Assembly: GCA_020049855.1 (NCBI GenBank)
Contig: JAGVLJ010000027.1
Span: forward strand, 7,884 to 71,883
DNA from: Bacteroidia bacterium
GTDB lineage: Bacteria; Bacteroidota; Bacteroidia; UKL13-3
Length of the DNA stretch: 64,000 nucleotides
Reading direction: 5' to 3'
Shown here one piece after another: positions 1 to 12,665 of the stretch. The position numbers and the translations under genes were made by a program. Under the pieces are notes generated by a model. The model saw nothing but the letters and a program-made list of their open reading frames with translations, was not told the DNA's origin and made no database searches. Numbering within the stretch: the first letter of the stretch is position 1; every line of letters starts with the position of its first letter.

Positions 1-2465
<2,465 letters not shown>

Positions 2466-2467
2466 AC

Positions 2468-3346
2468 ATGGCAGCATTATTTACAGGAACCGGTGTAGCT
2501 GTGGTAACACCATTTACACCTGCAGGCGAAATTGATTTTTTTGCGTTGGAGAAAATAATTAACCACCTGGTTATTGGTAATGTGGAGTATCTGGTTGTAT
2601 TGGGCACTACCGGAGAAAGTGTAACACTTACCAAAGAGGAGAAGGAGAAAATTTATTCCTTCTTTGCTGAGAAAGCGGCAGGGCGTATACCGTTGGTGGC
2701 AGGTATTGGGGGAAATAATACAAGGGAGGTGACTGATAGTATTGCCCATTTTGATTTCACCGGGTATGCGGGTATTTTATCAGTAAGTCCATACTACAAT
2801 AAGCCAAATCAGCAAGGCATTTATTTACATTATAAAGCTGTTGCAGAAAGTACGGATAAACCCATTATTTTATACAATGTTCCGGGTCGTACCGGAGCAA
2901 ATATAATGTCCGAAACCACTCTGAGACTGGCGCATGATTTCAAAAATTTTGTAGCGATAAAAGAGGCTTCGGGCAATTTTGACCAGTGCATGGACATCAT
3001 CAAAAACAAGCCAAATGATTTTCTGGTTATTTCGGGCGATGATGCTTATACTTTACCTTTCATCAGCATTGGTATGCAGGGGGTAATTTCAGTTATTGCC
3101 AATGCATATCCCTTAAAGTTCTCAACTATGGTACGTATGGCATTGGGGGGCGATTTTAGCAATGCACTTTTCCACCACTACGAGCTGCTTGATGCAATGA
3201 AGCAAATTTTTGCCGATGGTTCACCAGGAGGGATAAAAGTTATTTTAGAAGTTTTGGGTCTTTGCTCTGGAGGAGTTCGCCTGCCTCTGGCTCCGGCAAG
3301 TGATGCGGTGAAAGCAAAATTACTTGCTTATACGAAAGGAATTTAA
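2468..3346 (+). CDS. dapA: 4-hydroxy-tetrahydrodipicolinate synthase
   Basis: 292 aa with DapA-like N-terminus (TGTGVAVVTPF, LGTTGES), IILYNVPGRTG and a Schiff-base lysine context (AIKEASG). Confidence 0.93.
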   Translation: MAALFTGTGVAVVTPFTPAGEIDFFALEKIINHLVIGNVEYLVVLGTTGESVTLTKEEKEKIYSFFAEKAAGRIPLVAGIGGNNTREVTDSIAHFDFTGYAGILSVSPYYNKPNQQGIYLHYKAVAESTDKPIILYNVPGRTGANIMSETTLRLAHDFKNFVAIKEASGNFDQCMDIIKNKPNDFLVISGDDAYTLPFISIGMQGVISVIANAYPLKFSTMVRMALGGDFSNALFHHYELLDAMKQIFADGSPGGIKVILEVLGLCSGGVRLPLAPASDAVKAKLLAYTKGI

Positions 3347-5560
3347 TCAATACAGTTTGTAGATTTTTTCAAATTCCTTAAATTCACTTTCTTCATTTAC
3401 TTTTAAGTCTATTACTTTTCCATTGCTTATATCGTAGGCCCAGCCATGTAAATCTGGAAATCCGTATTGCTTGCGGTTACGTTGAATAAAAGACGTTTTC
3501 ATAAGGTTATAAATTTGCTCCCTTACCGATAGCTCAACCATTCTTCTCAGCTTTTGTTCAGGGTCAAGAATCCCATCAACCTCGTGCTGATGTAAGCGGT
3601 GCACGTCTTTAATATTTCTAAGCCATTTATCAATTAATCCGTGAGGCTCGGTTTCCATGGCTGCCTTAATACCGCCACAGCCGTAATGACCGCAAACAAT
3701 AATATGTTTTACATTAAGCACTTCAACTGAATATTGAACAACTGACATGAGGTTGATATCTGTGTTCACCACAAGGTTAGCAATATTGCGATGTACAAAC
3801 ATTTCTCCGGGCTCGGTTCCGGTAATTTCATTGGCAGGAACCCTACTATCGGAACATCCGATAAATAAATATTCGGGAGCCTGTCCTTCTACCTGTCGGG
3901 CAAAGTAATCGGGGTCTTCTTTTGTTTTTTTCTCTACCCAATTGTTATTTCCTTTCAAAAGTCTTTCATACGACTTTTGCATATGTTCTTTTACTTCGAG
4001 TTTATTTTTCTCCATACTTATTCCTCCCAAAAAAACATTAATATTCCGTTCCTTACATTCCTCTTTAAATTCGTTGATGCAGTCCAGCACGTCTTTATCT
4101 ATAAATAATGTGCGTGATGCGTCAACCTCTACAATAGAGCCGTCTTTTATTTTAGCAAACTCTTTTAGCAATCGGTTCTTGTGCAAAAAAGTAACATTTT
4201 CTCCAAGTGCAATTCTTGTTCTTATACCCATGTTGGTTACTTTAAAAACAGGAGATAGGTAATTATTTCTTACAATGAAAATAAAGCCTATTCCAATACC
4301 AATTAATACTCCAATAAGCAGATCGCTGAGGATAATAGCAAGGATAGTTACTGCAAATGGTATAAGCTGATCAAATCCTTTTTTAAAATAGATTTTGAAG
4401 GCAGAAGGGTCAACCAGCTTGTAGCCGGTATAGACTAAAATGGATGCAAGGCTAGCCAACGGAATCTTATTAATGAATCCGGCAAAAAACACTGCAGCAA
4501 ATACTATCCATATTCCATGCAAAATAGTTGATGATTTGGATTGCGCTCCAGCTGTAATATTTACCGAACCTCTTACTATTACAGCTGTCAAGGGCAAGCC
4601 GCCAAATAATGCGCTTCCTGCATTACCAATTCCCTGTGCAATAAGTTCTCGGTTAGGTGGAGTATGCCTGCTGTGCGGGTCCAGTTTATCAATCGCCTCT
4701 ATTGATAATAAGGTTTCAATTGAGGCAACCAGTGCAATGGTAACAGCAATTTTAAAAACGAGTGGGTTGGTTAGGGCATTCCAATCAGGGTAAAAAGTAT
4801 TTCCATGAAAATCGGCCAATGATTGGATGGCAGGAATATTCACCAAATGGTCAGTGTTTAGATTAAAGTGAGCAATGGCAGTGAGAAGTATATTTAGAAA
4901 AATACCGATAATCACAACTACTAATGAGCCAGGAATAGCTTTTACTTTTTTGCCAATAAATTTATCCCATAAAATCAAGAAAGTTAAGGAAACCAATCCT
5001 ATGATGAATACACCTATATTGATGTGTTGGATGGTATGCAATAGAATGGTAAAGGAATTGGATTCGTGGCTGTGTGCCTCCTGATAGGTCTTATTCAGGT
5101 CTTCCTGTGTTGTGATAAATTCCTCAACCCCCATCTCTTCAATATCGTATCCTACCATATGTGGAAATTGCTTTAGGATTAACAATACTCCTATGGCTGA
5201 AAGCATTCCTTTAATTACACTATTGGGAATATAATTAGCAACAATACCCAGTTTAAGTATTCCAAAAAGAACCTGAAGTATTCCGGCTATAAAAACAGCT
5301 ACCAGAAACAATTCAAATGTTTGTAACTGTGCAATTGACGACAACACGATAGCTGTTAAGCCCGCAGCCGGCCCGCTTACGCTTAATTGCGATTTACTCA
5401 GGAGGCCAACTACAATTCCTCCGATGGCTCCCGAGACTAATCCCGACATTAACGGGGCTCCCGAGGCATGGGCGATACCCAGGCACAGTGGAATAGCTAC
5501 AAAGAATACTGCAATACTGGCAGGTATATCCTGCTTTAGATTTGAAATGGAAACTTTCAA
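3347..5560 (-). CDS. SulP-family anion transporter with STAS domain fused to a C-terminal beta-class carbonic anhydrase
   Basis: 737 aa. Polytopic SulP-like N-terminal region, then a STAS-like segment (NVTFLHKNRLLKEF...VEVDASRTLFIDKDVLD). C-terminal beta-CA zinc and active-site motifs are CSDSRVP and VCGHYGCGG. Confidence 0.9.
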   Translation of the reverse strand: MKVSISNLKQDIPASIAVFFVAIPLCLGIAHASGAPLMSGLVSGAIGGIVVGLLSKSQLSVSGPAAGLTAIVLSSIAQLQTFELFLVAVFIAGILQVLFGILKLGIVANYIPNSVIKGMLSAIGVLLILKQFPHMVGYDIEEMGVEEFITTQEDLNKTYQEAHSHESNSFTILLHTIQHINIGVFIIGLVSLTFLILWDKFIGKKVKAIPGSLVVVIIGIFLNILLTAIAHFNLNTDHLVNIPAIQSLADFHGNTFYPDWNALTNPLVFKIAVTIALVASIETLLSIEAIDKLDPHSRHTPPNRELIAQGIGNAGSALFGGLPLTAVIVRGSVNITAGAQSKSSTILHGIWIVFAAVFFAGFINKIPLASLASILVYTGYKLVDPSAFKIYFKKGFDQLIPFAVTILAIILSDLLIGVLIGIGIGFIFIVRNNYLSPVFKVTNMGIRTRIALGENVTFLHKNRLLKEFAKIKDGSIVEVDASRTLFIDKDVLDCINEFKEECKERNINVFLGGISMEKNKLEVKEHMQKSYERLLKGNNNWVEKKTKEDPDYFARQVEGQAPEYLFIGCSDSRVPANEITGTEPGEMFVHRNIANLVVNTDINLMSVVQYSVEVLNVKHIIVCGHYGCGGIKAAMETEPHGLIDKWLRNIKDVHRLHQHEVDGILDPEQKLRRMVELSVREQIYNLMKTSFIQRNRKQYGFPDLHGWAYDISNGKVIDLKVNEESEFKEFEKIYKLY

Positions 5561-5627
5561 TATTTTTAAATTAACTTAAATTAAATTACGCGTAAAACAG
5601 AGAAAGTCAGCGTTAATTTGAGTAGCT

Positions 5628-6107
5628 TTATTTTTTCTTGGCTGCTGCCGAGGCTTTGTATTTTACCATATCATTTAAAATCTCGGTAAAGGCCTGCGGA
5701 TTTTTGAATCCTACTTCCATTTTAAATTCATTTGTTTTAGGAAAATAAAATACAGTGGAAGGATAGCCGGATAATTGATTATTTGAAATCAAAGCAGCCA
5801 ATTCAGATCCGGTGTATTGTTTTCCATTAAAGGTATATGAGCCTTGAGCTTCGGGGTTAAATTTAACTGGAACAAATTCTTTATTTATTAAATCAATAAC
5901 TTCCGGCTTCGCAAATGTTTCGCGATCCATCACTTTACACCACCCGCACCAATCGGTGTACACATCTACCACCGCGATCTTATTTTTCTTTTTGGCTAAG
6001 TCATATCCTTCATTCCAGCCCAGCCATTTCAATTCATTTGTATTGGCAGTGAACGATGAGGCAATAATTAATACGGATAAAAGGGTTGTAACTTTAAATG
6101 TATTCAT
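5628..6107 (-). CDS. secreted thioredoxin-fold protein (DUF255/thioredoxin-like)
   Basis: 159 aa with an N-terminal signal peptide and a WCGWCK redox motif. Confidence 0.75.
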   Translation of the reverse strand: MNTFKVTTLLSVLIIASSFTANTNELKWLGWNEGYDLAKKKNKIAVVDVYTDWCGWCKVMDRETFAKPEVIDLINKEFVPVKFNPEAQGSYTFNGKQYTGSELAALISNNQLSGYPSTVFYFPKTNEFKMEVGFKNPQAFTEILNDMVKYKASAAAKKK

Positions 6108-6171
6108 ATATGTGATTATTTATTCAAATATAACCGTTGAAATGGAAACTCCTACTGGCAATTTACGTGCC

Positions 6172-7344
6172 TTAATTTGAAAAAGATTCAATTAACCGGA
6201 AGGTATCTTCAAAGTGGTTTCCCATTTTGGCTCCCCTGTCGGTGCCTAATCTCACAATAACCAATTGTTCATCAGGAACAACAATTATGTATTGTCCTAA
6301 AATTCCACGGGCGTAATAAACCTGATGATTTTTATGTTTGGTAATCCACCAGTGGAGGCCATAATAGCTGCACGCCTCTCCATTTATATCGGTAATCATG
6401 TTTGGGGTAACCATTTGTTCAATAAAGTTACTATCTAAAAGTTGATGTGTTTTCCACGTTCCTTTATGCAAAACAAGATTACCCAACCGGGCAAAGTCGC
6501 GAGCATTTGAATTAATACAGCAATACGCTTTTTCTACTCCACCGGTATGATCTAAACTCCACAACGCATCCTGTTCAGCCCCCAAAGGAATCCATAATTT
6601 TTGGGAGAAATATTCACTCAGTCGCATACCAGTAGCTTTCTCAAGAATCATTTGCAAAATTTGTGTATCTCCACTTTTATACCTGAATTGCGTACCCGGA
6701 GGTTTAGTTACTTTCAGTCCTTTGATTAATGCTTTGAGATTTGTTCCATAATAAGCTTCGGTACTATTGGCAAACGGAGTAATGTATGATTCGGTAAAAT
6801 TGAGTCCTGAACTCATGGTTAATAAATGACGAATAGTGATTTTGCTTTTTTCTCCCTTTGAAAACATGGGCAAATAATGACTTACCGGCTCATCAATATT
6901 TTTTATTTTCCCCTCTTGAAGAGCAATTCCGGTTAACATTCCAACTACGCTTTTGGCTACCGAAAATGAACCCGAATACGAATTGGTATCGTATCCGTCA
7001 TAGTACGATTCAAATAGCAAAGAATCGTTTTTTATGACCACTATGGCAATGGTACCTAACTCTTTGAAATAGTTGTATTGGCTTTGTGAAAGTTGAAGCT
7101 GATTATATGAATAACTGATTGGCCAAGGTTGCGGGAAGCCTGCTTTTATTTTTCGGTTATCAAAAATGTGGTAATCGTCAATATCGGCAGTTGCATATAC
7201 GAGCGCTTTGGCTATATAGCTGTTTCCGCTAAACCATAAACACACGTATACCAGCAACAATAAGCTGATTATCCACCTTATCTTTTTCAATAAAATAATC
7301 TTTTCAAATATCCTGTGAAAATAAGAAAATTTTGAGAAAATCAC
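6172..7344 (-). CDS. serine hydrolase, beta-lactamase/transpeptidase-like family
   Basis: 390 aa with an N-terminal TM anchor and an SxxK motif (SVAKS) in a class-C beta-lactamase/esterase-like context. Its start abuts the stop of the upstream gene. Confidence 0.8.
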   Translation of the reverse strand: MIFSKFSYFHRIFEKIILLKKIRWIISLLLLVYVCLWFSGNSYIAKALVYATADIDDYHIFDNRKIKAGFPQPWPISYSYNQLQLSQSQYNYFKELGTIAIVVIKNDSLLFESYYDGYDTNSYSGSFSVAKSVVGMLTGIALQEGKIKNIDEPVSHYLPMFSKGEKSKITIRHLLTMSSGLNFTESYITPFANSTEAYYGTNLKALIKGLKVTKPPGTQFRYKSGDTQILQMILEKATGMRLSEYFSQKLWIPLGAEQDALWSLDHTGGVEKAYCCINSNARDFARLGNLVLHKGTWKTHQLLDSNFIEQMVTPNMITDINGEACSYYGLHWWITKHKNHQVYYARGILGQYIIVVPDEQLVIVRLGTDRGAKMGNHFEDTFRLIESFSN

Positions 7345-9234
7345 TTACTGCTTTTTTGTGTAATCTTGATAAAAATATTGAAGATAGGCCTGACCTATTT
7401 TCATTTTTGCCCTAGTGCTATCGGCTTTAGTTTTTGTATAAGGATAGGTAATTTGTTTTGATATATTGTCGAAAACTAATTGCTCTCCCTTGTAAACCCA
7501 TCCTATTCCATCATTAAAAGAGTAAAAAGCAAAGTCCTTACTGCTACTGTCGAGCAGGTTTTTACTCCACGCAAACGATGGAGTAGTAACAGGTATTTTT
7601 ACCTGATCAAGTATGGTTTTTGCTAGGTCGGTTTGATTCCCTGTTTTAGTACATACTTTTCCCCGGTAGTCGCTATCAAGTGCACCTCCGGTAAACAAAA
7701 CCGGAATTCTGAATTTACCCGGTACACTCAGGTCAGCGTAATTTTTGGGCAAGCGATGTCCGTGGTCGGCTACCATAACAATAAGGGTATTTTTATACCA
7801 TGCTTGCTGTTTTGCTTCAATTAAGAAATGATGAAGGCACTGGTCGCTGTACCAAATTGCATTTCGGAATAAATCGGTTTCTTTATCAGATTTAATTTTT
7901 GATGGAAACGGAATTTCAAACGGCTCATGGCTGCTAAGTGAAAGAATGGCATACACAAAAGGTCTTTTTTCGCTGTTTAAATCAGTTAATAAACGAGAAA
8001 AAACCACTCCGTCATGAGCGCCCCATTTCGAATTCATATCTTTATCTTCAAAGGCCTTTTTGTCAATTATTTTAGTAAATCCGCAATGGAAAAGATACGC
8101 TTTCATATTTGCAAAATTTGATTCACCTCCATAATAAAAGGATGTTTGGTATCCTGTATTAAGGAATGGAACGATTACGGATGGAAGTTTTTCCATTTTT
8201 TCGGCTTGGGTGATAATGGAGGTTTGTGTTTGTGCGGGGTAGGCACTTAAAATGGCTACTAATCCTTTGTCGGTTCTGTCGCCATTGGCATAAATATTTG
8301 AAAATAACAACCCCTCTTCAGATGCTTTTTTAAAACCGTCAGTTAGCCCCGCTTCTCCTCCCAAATATTCAATCACATCTGCTGTCCAGCTTTCTAATAT
8401 AATAAAAAGAATATTCGGGGTACTTGTTCCAAGAATGGAAGGGAAGGTATTGGTGCTTTTATATAATTCTTCAACAATATACTTTGCTTCTTCAGGTTTA
8501 AGATATTGATACGGATTACGTGTGCTGGTTTTTCCTGCATTCACATAGCTGTTCATCAGGTTCCAGCCAGTGTTTAGTGCGGTATGATTTAGAATGGGCT
8601 TACCGGAAAAAAAAACAGCACTTTGATTGATGGGCACTACTCCTAAGCCACCCCTTATTCCGGTAAAAATAAGAAAAAGGGTAGTCAAAAAAACGGCTGC
8701 GGCTTTTAAATGACTTTTTACTCCGGTAATTACATTATTCTTTAGCGGATAATCGTGCAAATGAACTGTTTTGCGCAACAAGATTCCAAACACAGTAATC
8801 ATAGTGATTATAATTGACAGAATCAGAAGGTAAGAAATACTATTCATTGAGGCTATTACTTCCTTTGGATATCGGGTAAATGAAACCGCGTAGGCGTTTA
8901 GCTTATATCCCCATTCATGATACAAGGCGGTATCGGTTAGATTTATGACAGACAACAGCGCAAGCATAACATAGTTATATGCCGAAAGGGCTTTAGTTAT
9001 ATGTAATAAATGAATATAGTTACTGGCTAAGGTAATTAAAAACGGAACAGCGAGCAGGTAGCAAGCTGCAGAAAAATCAAGCGGCCATGCGTGAAAAAAT
9101 GCGTAAAAAATTTCACTTTTGCTGCATGATGTAAATTTATCGTGGTTATATAAAACAAAAATTACTCTGTTTACCTGAAAAAAAAACTGCCAGAAAACAA
9201 ACAGACGGAGGAGGTACAACAATTTCCGTTTCAT
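7345..9234 (-). CDS. LTA synthase (LtaS)/phosphoglycerol-transferase family sulfatase-domain membrane protein
   Basis: 629 aa. Multi-TM N-terminal region followed by an alkaline-phosphatase-superfamily domain (ILFIILESWTAD, MVADHGHRLP). Confidence 0.8.
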   Translation of the reverse strand: MKRKLLYLLRLFVFWQFFFQVNRVIFVLYNHDKFTSCSKSEIFYAFFHAWPLDFSAACYLLAVPFLITLASNYIHLLHITKALSAYNYVMLALLSVINLTDTALYHEWGYKLNAYAVSFTRYPKEVIASMNSISYLLILSIIITMITVFGILLRKTVHLHDYPLKNNVITGVKSHLKAAAVFLTTLFLIFTGIRGGLGVVPINQSAVFFSGKPILNHTALNTGWNLMNSYVNAGKTSTRNPYQYLKPEEAKYIVEELYKSTNTFPSILGTSTPNILFIILESWTADVIEYLGGEAGLTDGFKKASEEGLLFSNIYANGDRTDKGLVAILSAYPAQTQTSIITQAEKMEKLPSVIVPFLNTGYQTSFYYGGESNFANMKAYLFHCGFTKIIDKKAFEDKDMNSKWGAHDGVVFSRLLTDLNSEKRPFVYAILSLSSHEPFEIPFPSKIKSDKETDLFRNAIWYSDQCLHHFLIEAKQQAWYKNTLIVMVADHGHRLPKNYADLSVPGKFRIPVLFTGGALDSDYRGKVCTKTGNQTDLAKTILDQVKIPVTTPSFAWSKNLLDSSSKDFAFYSFNDGIGWVYKGEQLVFDNISKQITYPYTKTKADSTRAKMKIGQAYLQYFYQDYTKKQ

Positions 9235-9238
9235 TTAA

Positions 9239-10480
9239 TTATTGCTCGGTGTAAATAATGAGTCCTGTACGCATTTTTGGTTCTACCCATGTTGATTTTG
9301 GCGGCATGATCATATTTTTTTCTGCCACTTCAATTACTTCATTTACAGAAGTAGGGAATAGGGTTATTGCAATATCAACATCGTGTTTGCTTACTATGTC
9401 CTGCACATTTTTTATTCCTTTGCTTCCATCAATAAATGAGAGCCTTGGGTCGGTTTTGCTATCTTCAATCTCAAAAACTCGTTTAAGCAAAAATTCTTCG
9501 GTAATGCTCACATCCAAATTCTCCAGAACCCCACTGAGGCCTGATTTAAACTCAGGTTTAAGTTTTAACTGAAATGCATGATTATTGAAGTACAGTCCGA
9601 ATTCTGTTTTTTTTAATGGTTGAAAAGGTAAGTTTCCGCATGGGGTTGTATAAAAATATTGCTCTACTTTAGGAAGAAAATCAGGTTCATATACTCTTGA
9701 ATCCTTAATGAGGCGATGGTATTCGTAGATATGCAGTTTTGAAAAAGGAACCAAACAAACCGGAAAAAAATTATAGTATTCATTACCGGTAAATTGGGGG
9801 TTTGCCTTACGGTGCTGCTCGGCATAAGCTGCCGCTCCGGCAGTTCGATGATGCCCGTCAGCAATATATAATTTGTTAAACCGAGCAAAATCTTCAGTAA
9901 TAAGTTTCAGCGTTTCTTCATCATTAATTACCCACAGGTTATGTTTAAGCGAATCGTCACTTATAAAACTATATTCGGGTTTTAAAGCGATTACCTGTTC
10001 TATCAATTCATCAATAAGGTCACTATCCGGGAAAGTAAGCAAAACCGGACTTCCGATATTTTTAAAAAAACTGATGTGTTCTAGTATTTCCTGCTGTTTT
10101 TCGGTGAGCGTGTTCTCATGCTTCATTATTCTGTTGTTGTTGTATTCATCAACAGATGCTGCCGCAATGATGCCGGTGTAAGAACGACTTCCTTTGATGC
10201 ACTGATAAATGTAATACGATGGTTTTGTGTCCTGCACTAAAATTTTTTCATTCATAAACCGTTGCAGGTACTCCATCCCTAAAGGAAAATGTTTTGCAGG
10301 ATTTTTCTTTTCCCCGTTAAAATGAAGGTGTGGTTTTACCACGTGCAGGTACGAGAGTGGATTTTTTTCCATCAAAGCCCATGAGGTAACTTTGCTGGTA
10401 GCATCTAGCAATGGTGCTGAAACTTGATCAACGAACTCTTTGTTAGGACGAAGTGCCCGGAAAGGTCTTATATCGGCCAA
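9239..10480 (-). CDS. DUF1015 family protein
   Basis: 413 aa. N-terminus MADIRPFRALRP and an internal YIADGHHR motif are typical of DUF1015 as I recall it. 4-nt gaps to both neighbouring genes. Confidence 0.75.
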   Translation of the reverse strand: MADIRPFRALRPNKEFVDQVSAPLLDATSKVTSWALMEKNPLSYLHVVKPHLHFNGEKKNPAKHFPLGMEYLQRFMNEKILVQDTKPSYYIYQCIKGSRSYTGIIAAASVDEYNNNRIMKHENTLTEKQQEILEHISFFKNIGSPVLLTFPDSDLIDELIEQVIALKPEYSFISDDSLKHNLWVINDEETLKLITEDFARFNKLYIADGHHRTAGAAAYAEQHRKANPQFTGNEYYNFFPVCLVPFSKLHIYEYHRLIKDSRVYEPDFLPKVEQYFYTTPCGNLPFQPLKKTEFGLYFNNHAFQLKLKPEFKSGLSGVLENLDVSITEEFLLKRVFEIEDSKTDPRLSFIDGSKGIKNVQDIVSKHDVDIAITLFPTSVNEVIEVAEKNMIMPPKSTWVEPKMRTGLIIYTEQ

Positions 10481-10484
10481 AGTA

Positions 10485-11450
10485 CTATTTCTTAAATTCC
10501 AGAATTAGTTTCTCGGCCAGTTCAATTCCGATACGATTTTGTGCCTCTTTGGTTGATCCCCCCACATGCGGACTTAATGATACATGCGGATGTTTTAAAA
10601 TATCCTGAAATACGGGCGGCTCTTTTTCAAATACATCAAGACCTGCAAAAGCTACCTGCCCGCTATCAAGTGCGTTCAGCAATTCCTTTTCATCAATCAC
10701 TCCGCCACGTGCACAGTTTACAAGACCTACACCTTTTTTCATAGTGGCAAGTTCTGCTGCTCCTATAACGGGTTTATCTCCTTCATTAAAGGGAACATGA
10801 AAAGTAATGAAATCACTGTTTTTCAGAATTTCTTCTTTCGAAACAGGTCTTATGGTATGTTTTATCCGGTAATCATCTCCAAGTGCTGGTAGGTAAATGG
10901 CTATATCTGCTTTGTCAATATAAGGGTCAAAGGCAAGTACCTTCATTCCTAATCCAATGGCAATTTTGGCCACTTCCTGTCCTATGCGACCAAATCCCAT
11001 AACGCCCATAGTCTTGCCCTTTAGTTCAATACCATTTGAGGCTGCCTTTTTTAGGTTATTAAATTCTTCACGGGCGTGTTCCGGCATCACCCTGTTGGTA
11101 ATTTGTAAAAAGCGGGCTCCAGAATACAAATGTGCAAAAACCAGTTCAGCAACCGAAACAGACGAGGAGGCCGGAGTATTAATAACTTTAATTCCCTTTT
11201 GTTTGGCGTATTCTACATCAATATTATCAAGACCCACACCGCCTCTGCCAATTACTTTTAGATTCGGACAAGCATCCATAATATCTTTTCTGATTTTGGT
11301 AGCGCTGCGCACCAAAACGGCATCGTAATTTTTTAGTACTACGGCCAGTTTGTCCTGTGCTACTTTTTCAGAATCTACCGTAAATCCTGCTTCTTCCAGT
11401 AGTCTTTTTCCGTTTGTGTCAATGCCATCATTGGCTAATATCTTAATCAT
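10485..11450 (-). CDS. serA: D-3-phosphoglycerate dehydrogenase (short form)
   Basis: 321 aa 2-hydroxyacid dehydrogenase with an NAD fold (GVMGFGRIGQEVA). Lies immediately downstream of serC. Confidence 0.88.
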   Translation of the reverse strand: MIKILANDGIDTNGKRLLEEAGFTVDSEKVAQDKLAVVLKNYDAVLVRSATKIRKDIMDACPNLKVIGRGGVGLDNIDVEYAKQKGIKVINTPASSSVSVAELVFAHLYSGARFLQITNRVMPEHAREEFNNLKKAASNGIELKGKTMGVMGFGRIGQEVAKIAIGLGMKVLAFDPYIDKADIAIYLPALGDDYRIKHTIRPVSKEEILKNSDFITFHVPFNEGDKPVIGAAELATMKKGVGLVNCARGGVIDEKELLNALDSGQVAFAGLDVFEKEPPVFQDILKHPHVSLSPHVGGSTKEAQNRIGIELAEKLILEFKK

Positions 11451-11459
11451 AAAGTTCGT

Positions 11460-12551
11460 TTAGCTGTTTGCTGCTCCTTGTTTAATTTTTAATTGTTCAA
11501 ATTCTTTCATGGTATCTACCAGTACCTGTACGCTATCTATTGGTAATGCGTTGTATAACGATGCTCTTAGTCCTCCAACAGAGCGATGCCCTTTAAGGCC
11601 GCTTAAATTATGGTCTTTGCATAATTTTAAGAATTCTTCTTCCATTGATTTGTCGGTAAGTACAAAGTTTACATTCATCCGGGAACGATCTTCATGCACC
11701 ACAGTTCCTTTGAACAAGGTGTTACGATCAATTTCAGCATATAGCAAGTCGGCTTTGGCTTTGTTACGTTTTGCCATTTCAGTTAAACCGATAGACTTTA
11801 CCCATCTCAACGTGTGCATGCATACAAAAATGGCAAATACCGATGGGGTATTGTACATTGATCCGTTATCAATATGAAGTTTATAATCTAGCATGGCCGG
11901 TAACTTGCGTTTGCCTTTACCCAACATATCTTTTTTTACAATTACCAGTGTAGTTCCTGCGGGGCCCATATTTTTTTGAGCACCGGCATAAATCATATCA
12001 AACTTTGATGCATCAAATGGCCTGCTGAAAATATCGGAACTCATATCGCAGATAACAGGAACATTTGTTTCAGGGAAACTAAATAATTCGGTTCCGTAAA
12101 TGGTATTGTTTGACGTGCAATGAAAATATTTTGAATCGGAAGGAATGTTGAAGCCTTTTGGGATATACGAGAAATTTTTGTCCTCGCTGCTCGCTACTAC
12201 GTTTACATTCCCAAAAATTCTGGCCTCTTTAATGGCTCTTCCAGCCCATACTCCGGTATTTAAATAGGCTGCAGTTTCTCCTTCATCTAAAAAATTGTAG
12301 GGAATCATATCAAACTGAAGGCTGGCTCCACCTTGCATAAAAACAATCCCGTACTCGTCCGAGAGGTTTAATATTTCTTTTACTAATTGCGTTGCTTCAT
12401 TTACTACCGCTTCGTATTCTTTGCTTCGGTGTGAAACTTCTATCAGGGATAAACCTGTACCCGAAAAATCTTGAAGTGCTTCAATAGAGGCATCAATGGC
12501 AGATTGGGGTAAAATGGCCGGACCGGCACTGAAATTATGAACTTTTTTCAT
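11460..12551 (-). CDS. serC: 3-phosphoserine aminotransferase
   Basis: 363 aa. N-terminus MKKVHNFSAGPAILP and AGAQKNMGPAG (PLP lysine context) are classic SerC. Confidence 0.93.
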   Translation of the reverse strand: MKKVHNFSAGPAILPQSAIDASIEALQDFSGTGLSLIEVSHRSKEYEAVVNEATQLVKEILNLSDEYGIVFMQGGASLQFDMIPYNFLDEGETAAYLNTGVWAGRAIKEARIFGNVNVVASSEDKNFSYIPKGFNIPSDSKYFHCTSNNTIYGTELFSFPETNVPVICDMSSDIFSRPFDASKFDMIYAGAQKNMGPAGTTLVIVKKDMLGKGKRKLPAMLDYKLHIDNGSMYNTPSVFAIFVCMHTLRWVKSIGLTEMAKRNKAKADLLYAEIDRNTLFKGTVVHEDRSRMNVNFVLTDKSMEEEFLKLCKDHNLSGLKGHRSVGGLRASLYNALPIDSVQVLVDTMKEFEQLKIKQGAANS

Positions 12552-12575
12552 TAGTGAAATGATTTAAAAATTTTG

Positions 12576-12583
12576 CAAAATTA
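12576..12583 (-). promoter_or_regulatory. Bacteroidota-type -7 box (TAATTTTG) upstream of serC
   Basis: The reverse complement of caaaatta matches TAnnTTTG and sits 25 nt upstream of the serC ATG. Confidence 0.4.
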
Positions 12584-12665
12584 AACCTTATTGTGCGTTT
12601 TTATGCTTTCTTTCGTTATTTTAATGTAGGAATGTAGATATTTGCAATAAGTTTTTAAGTCAATC

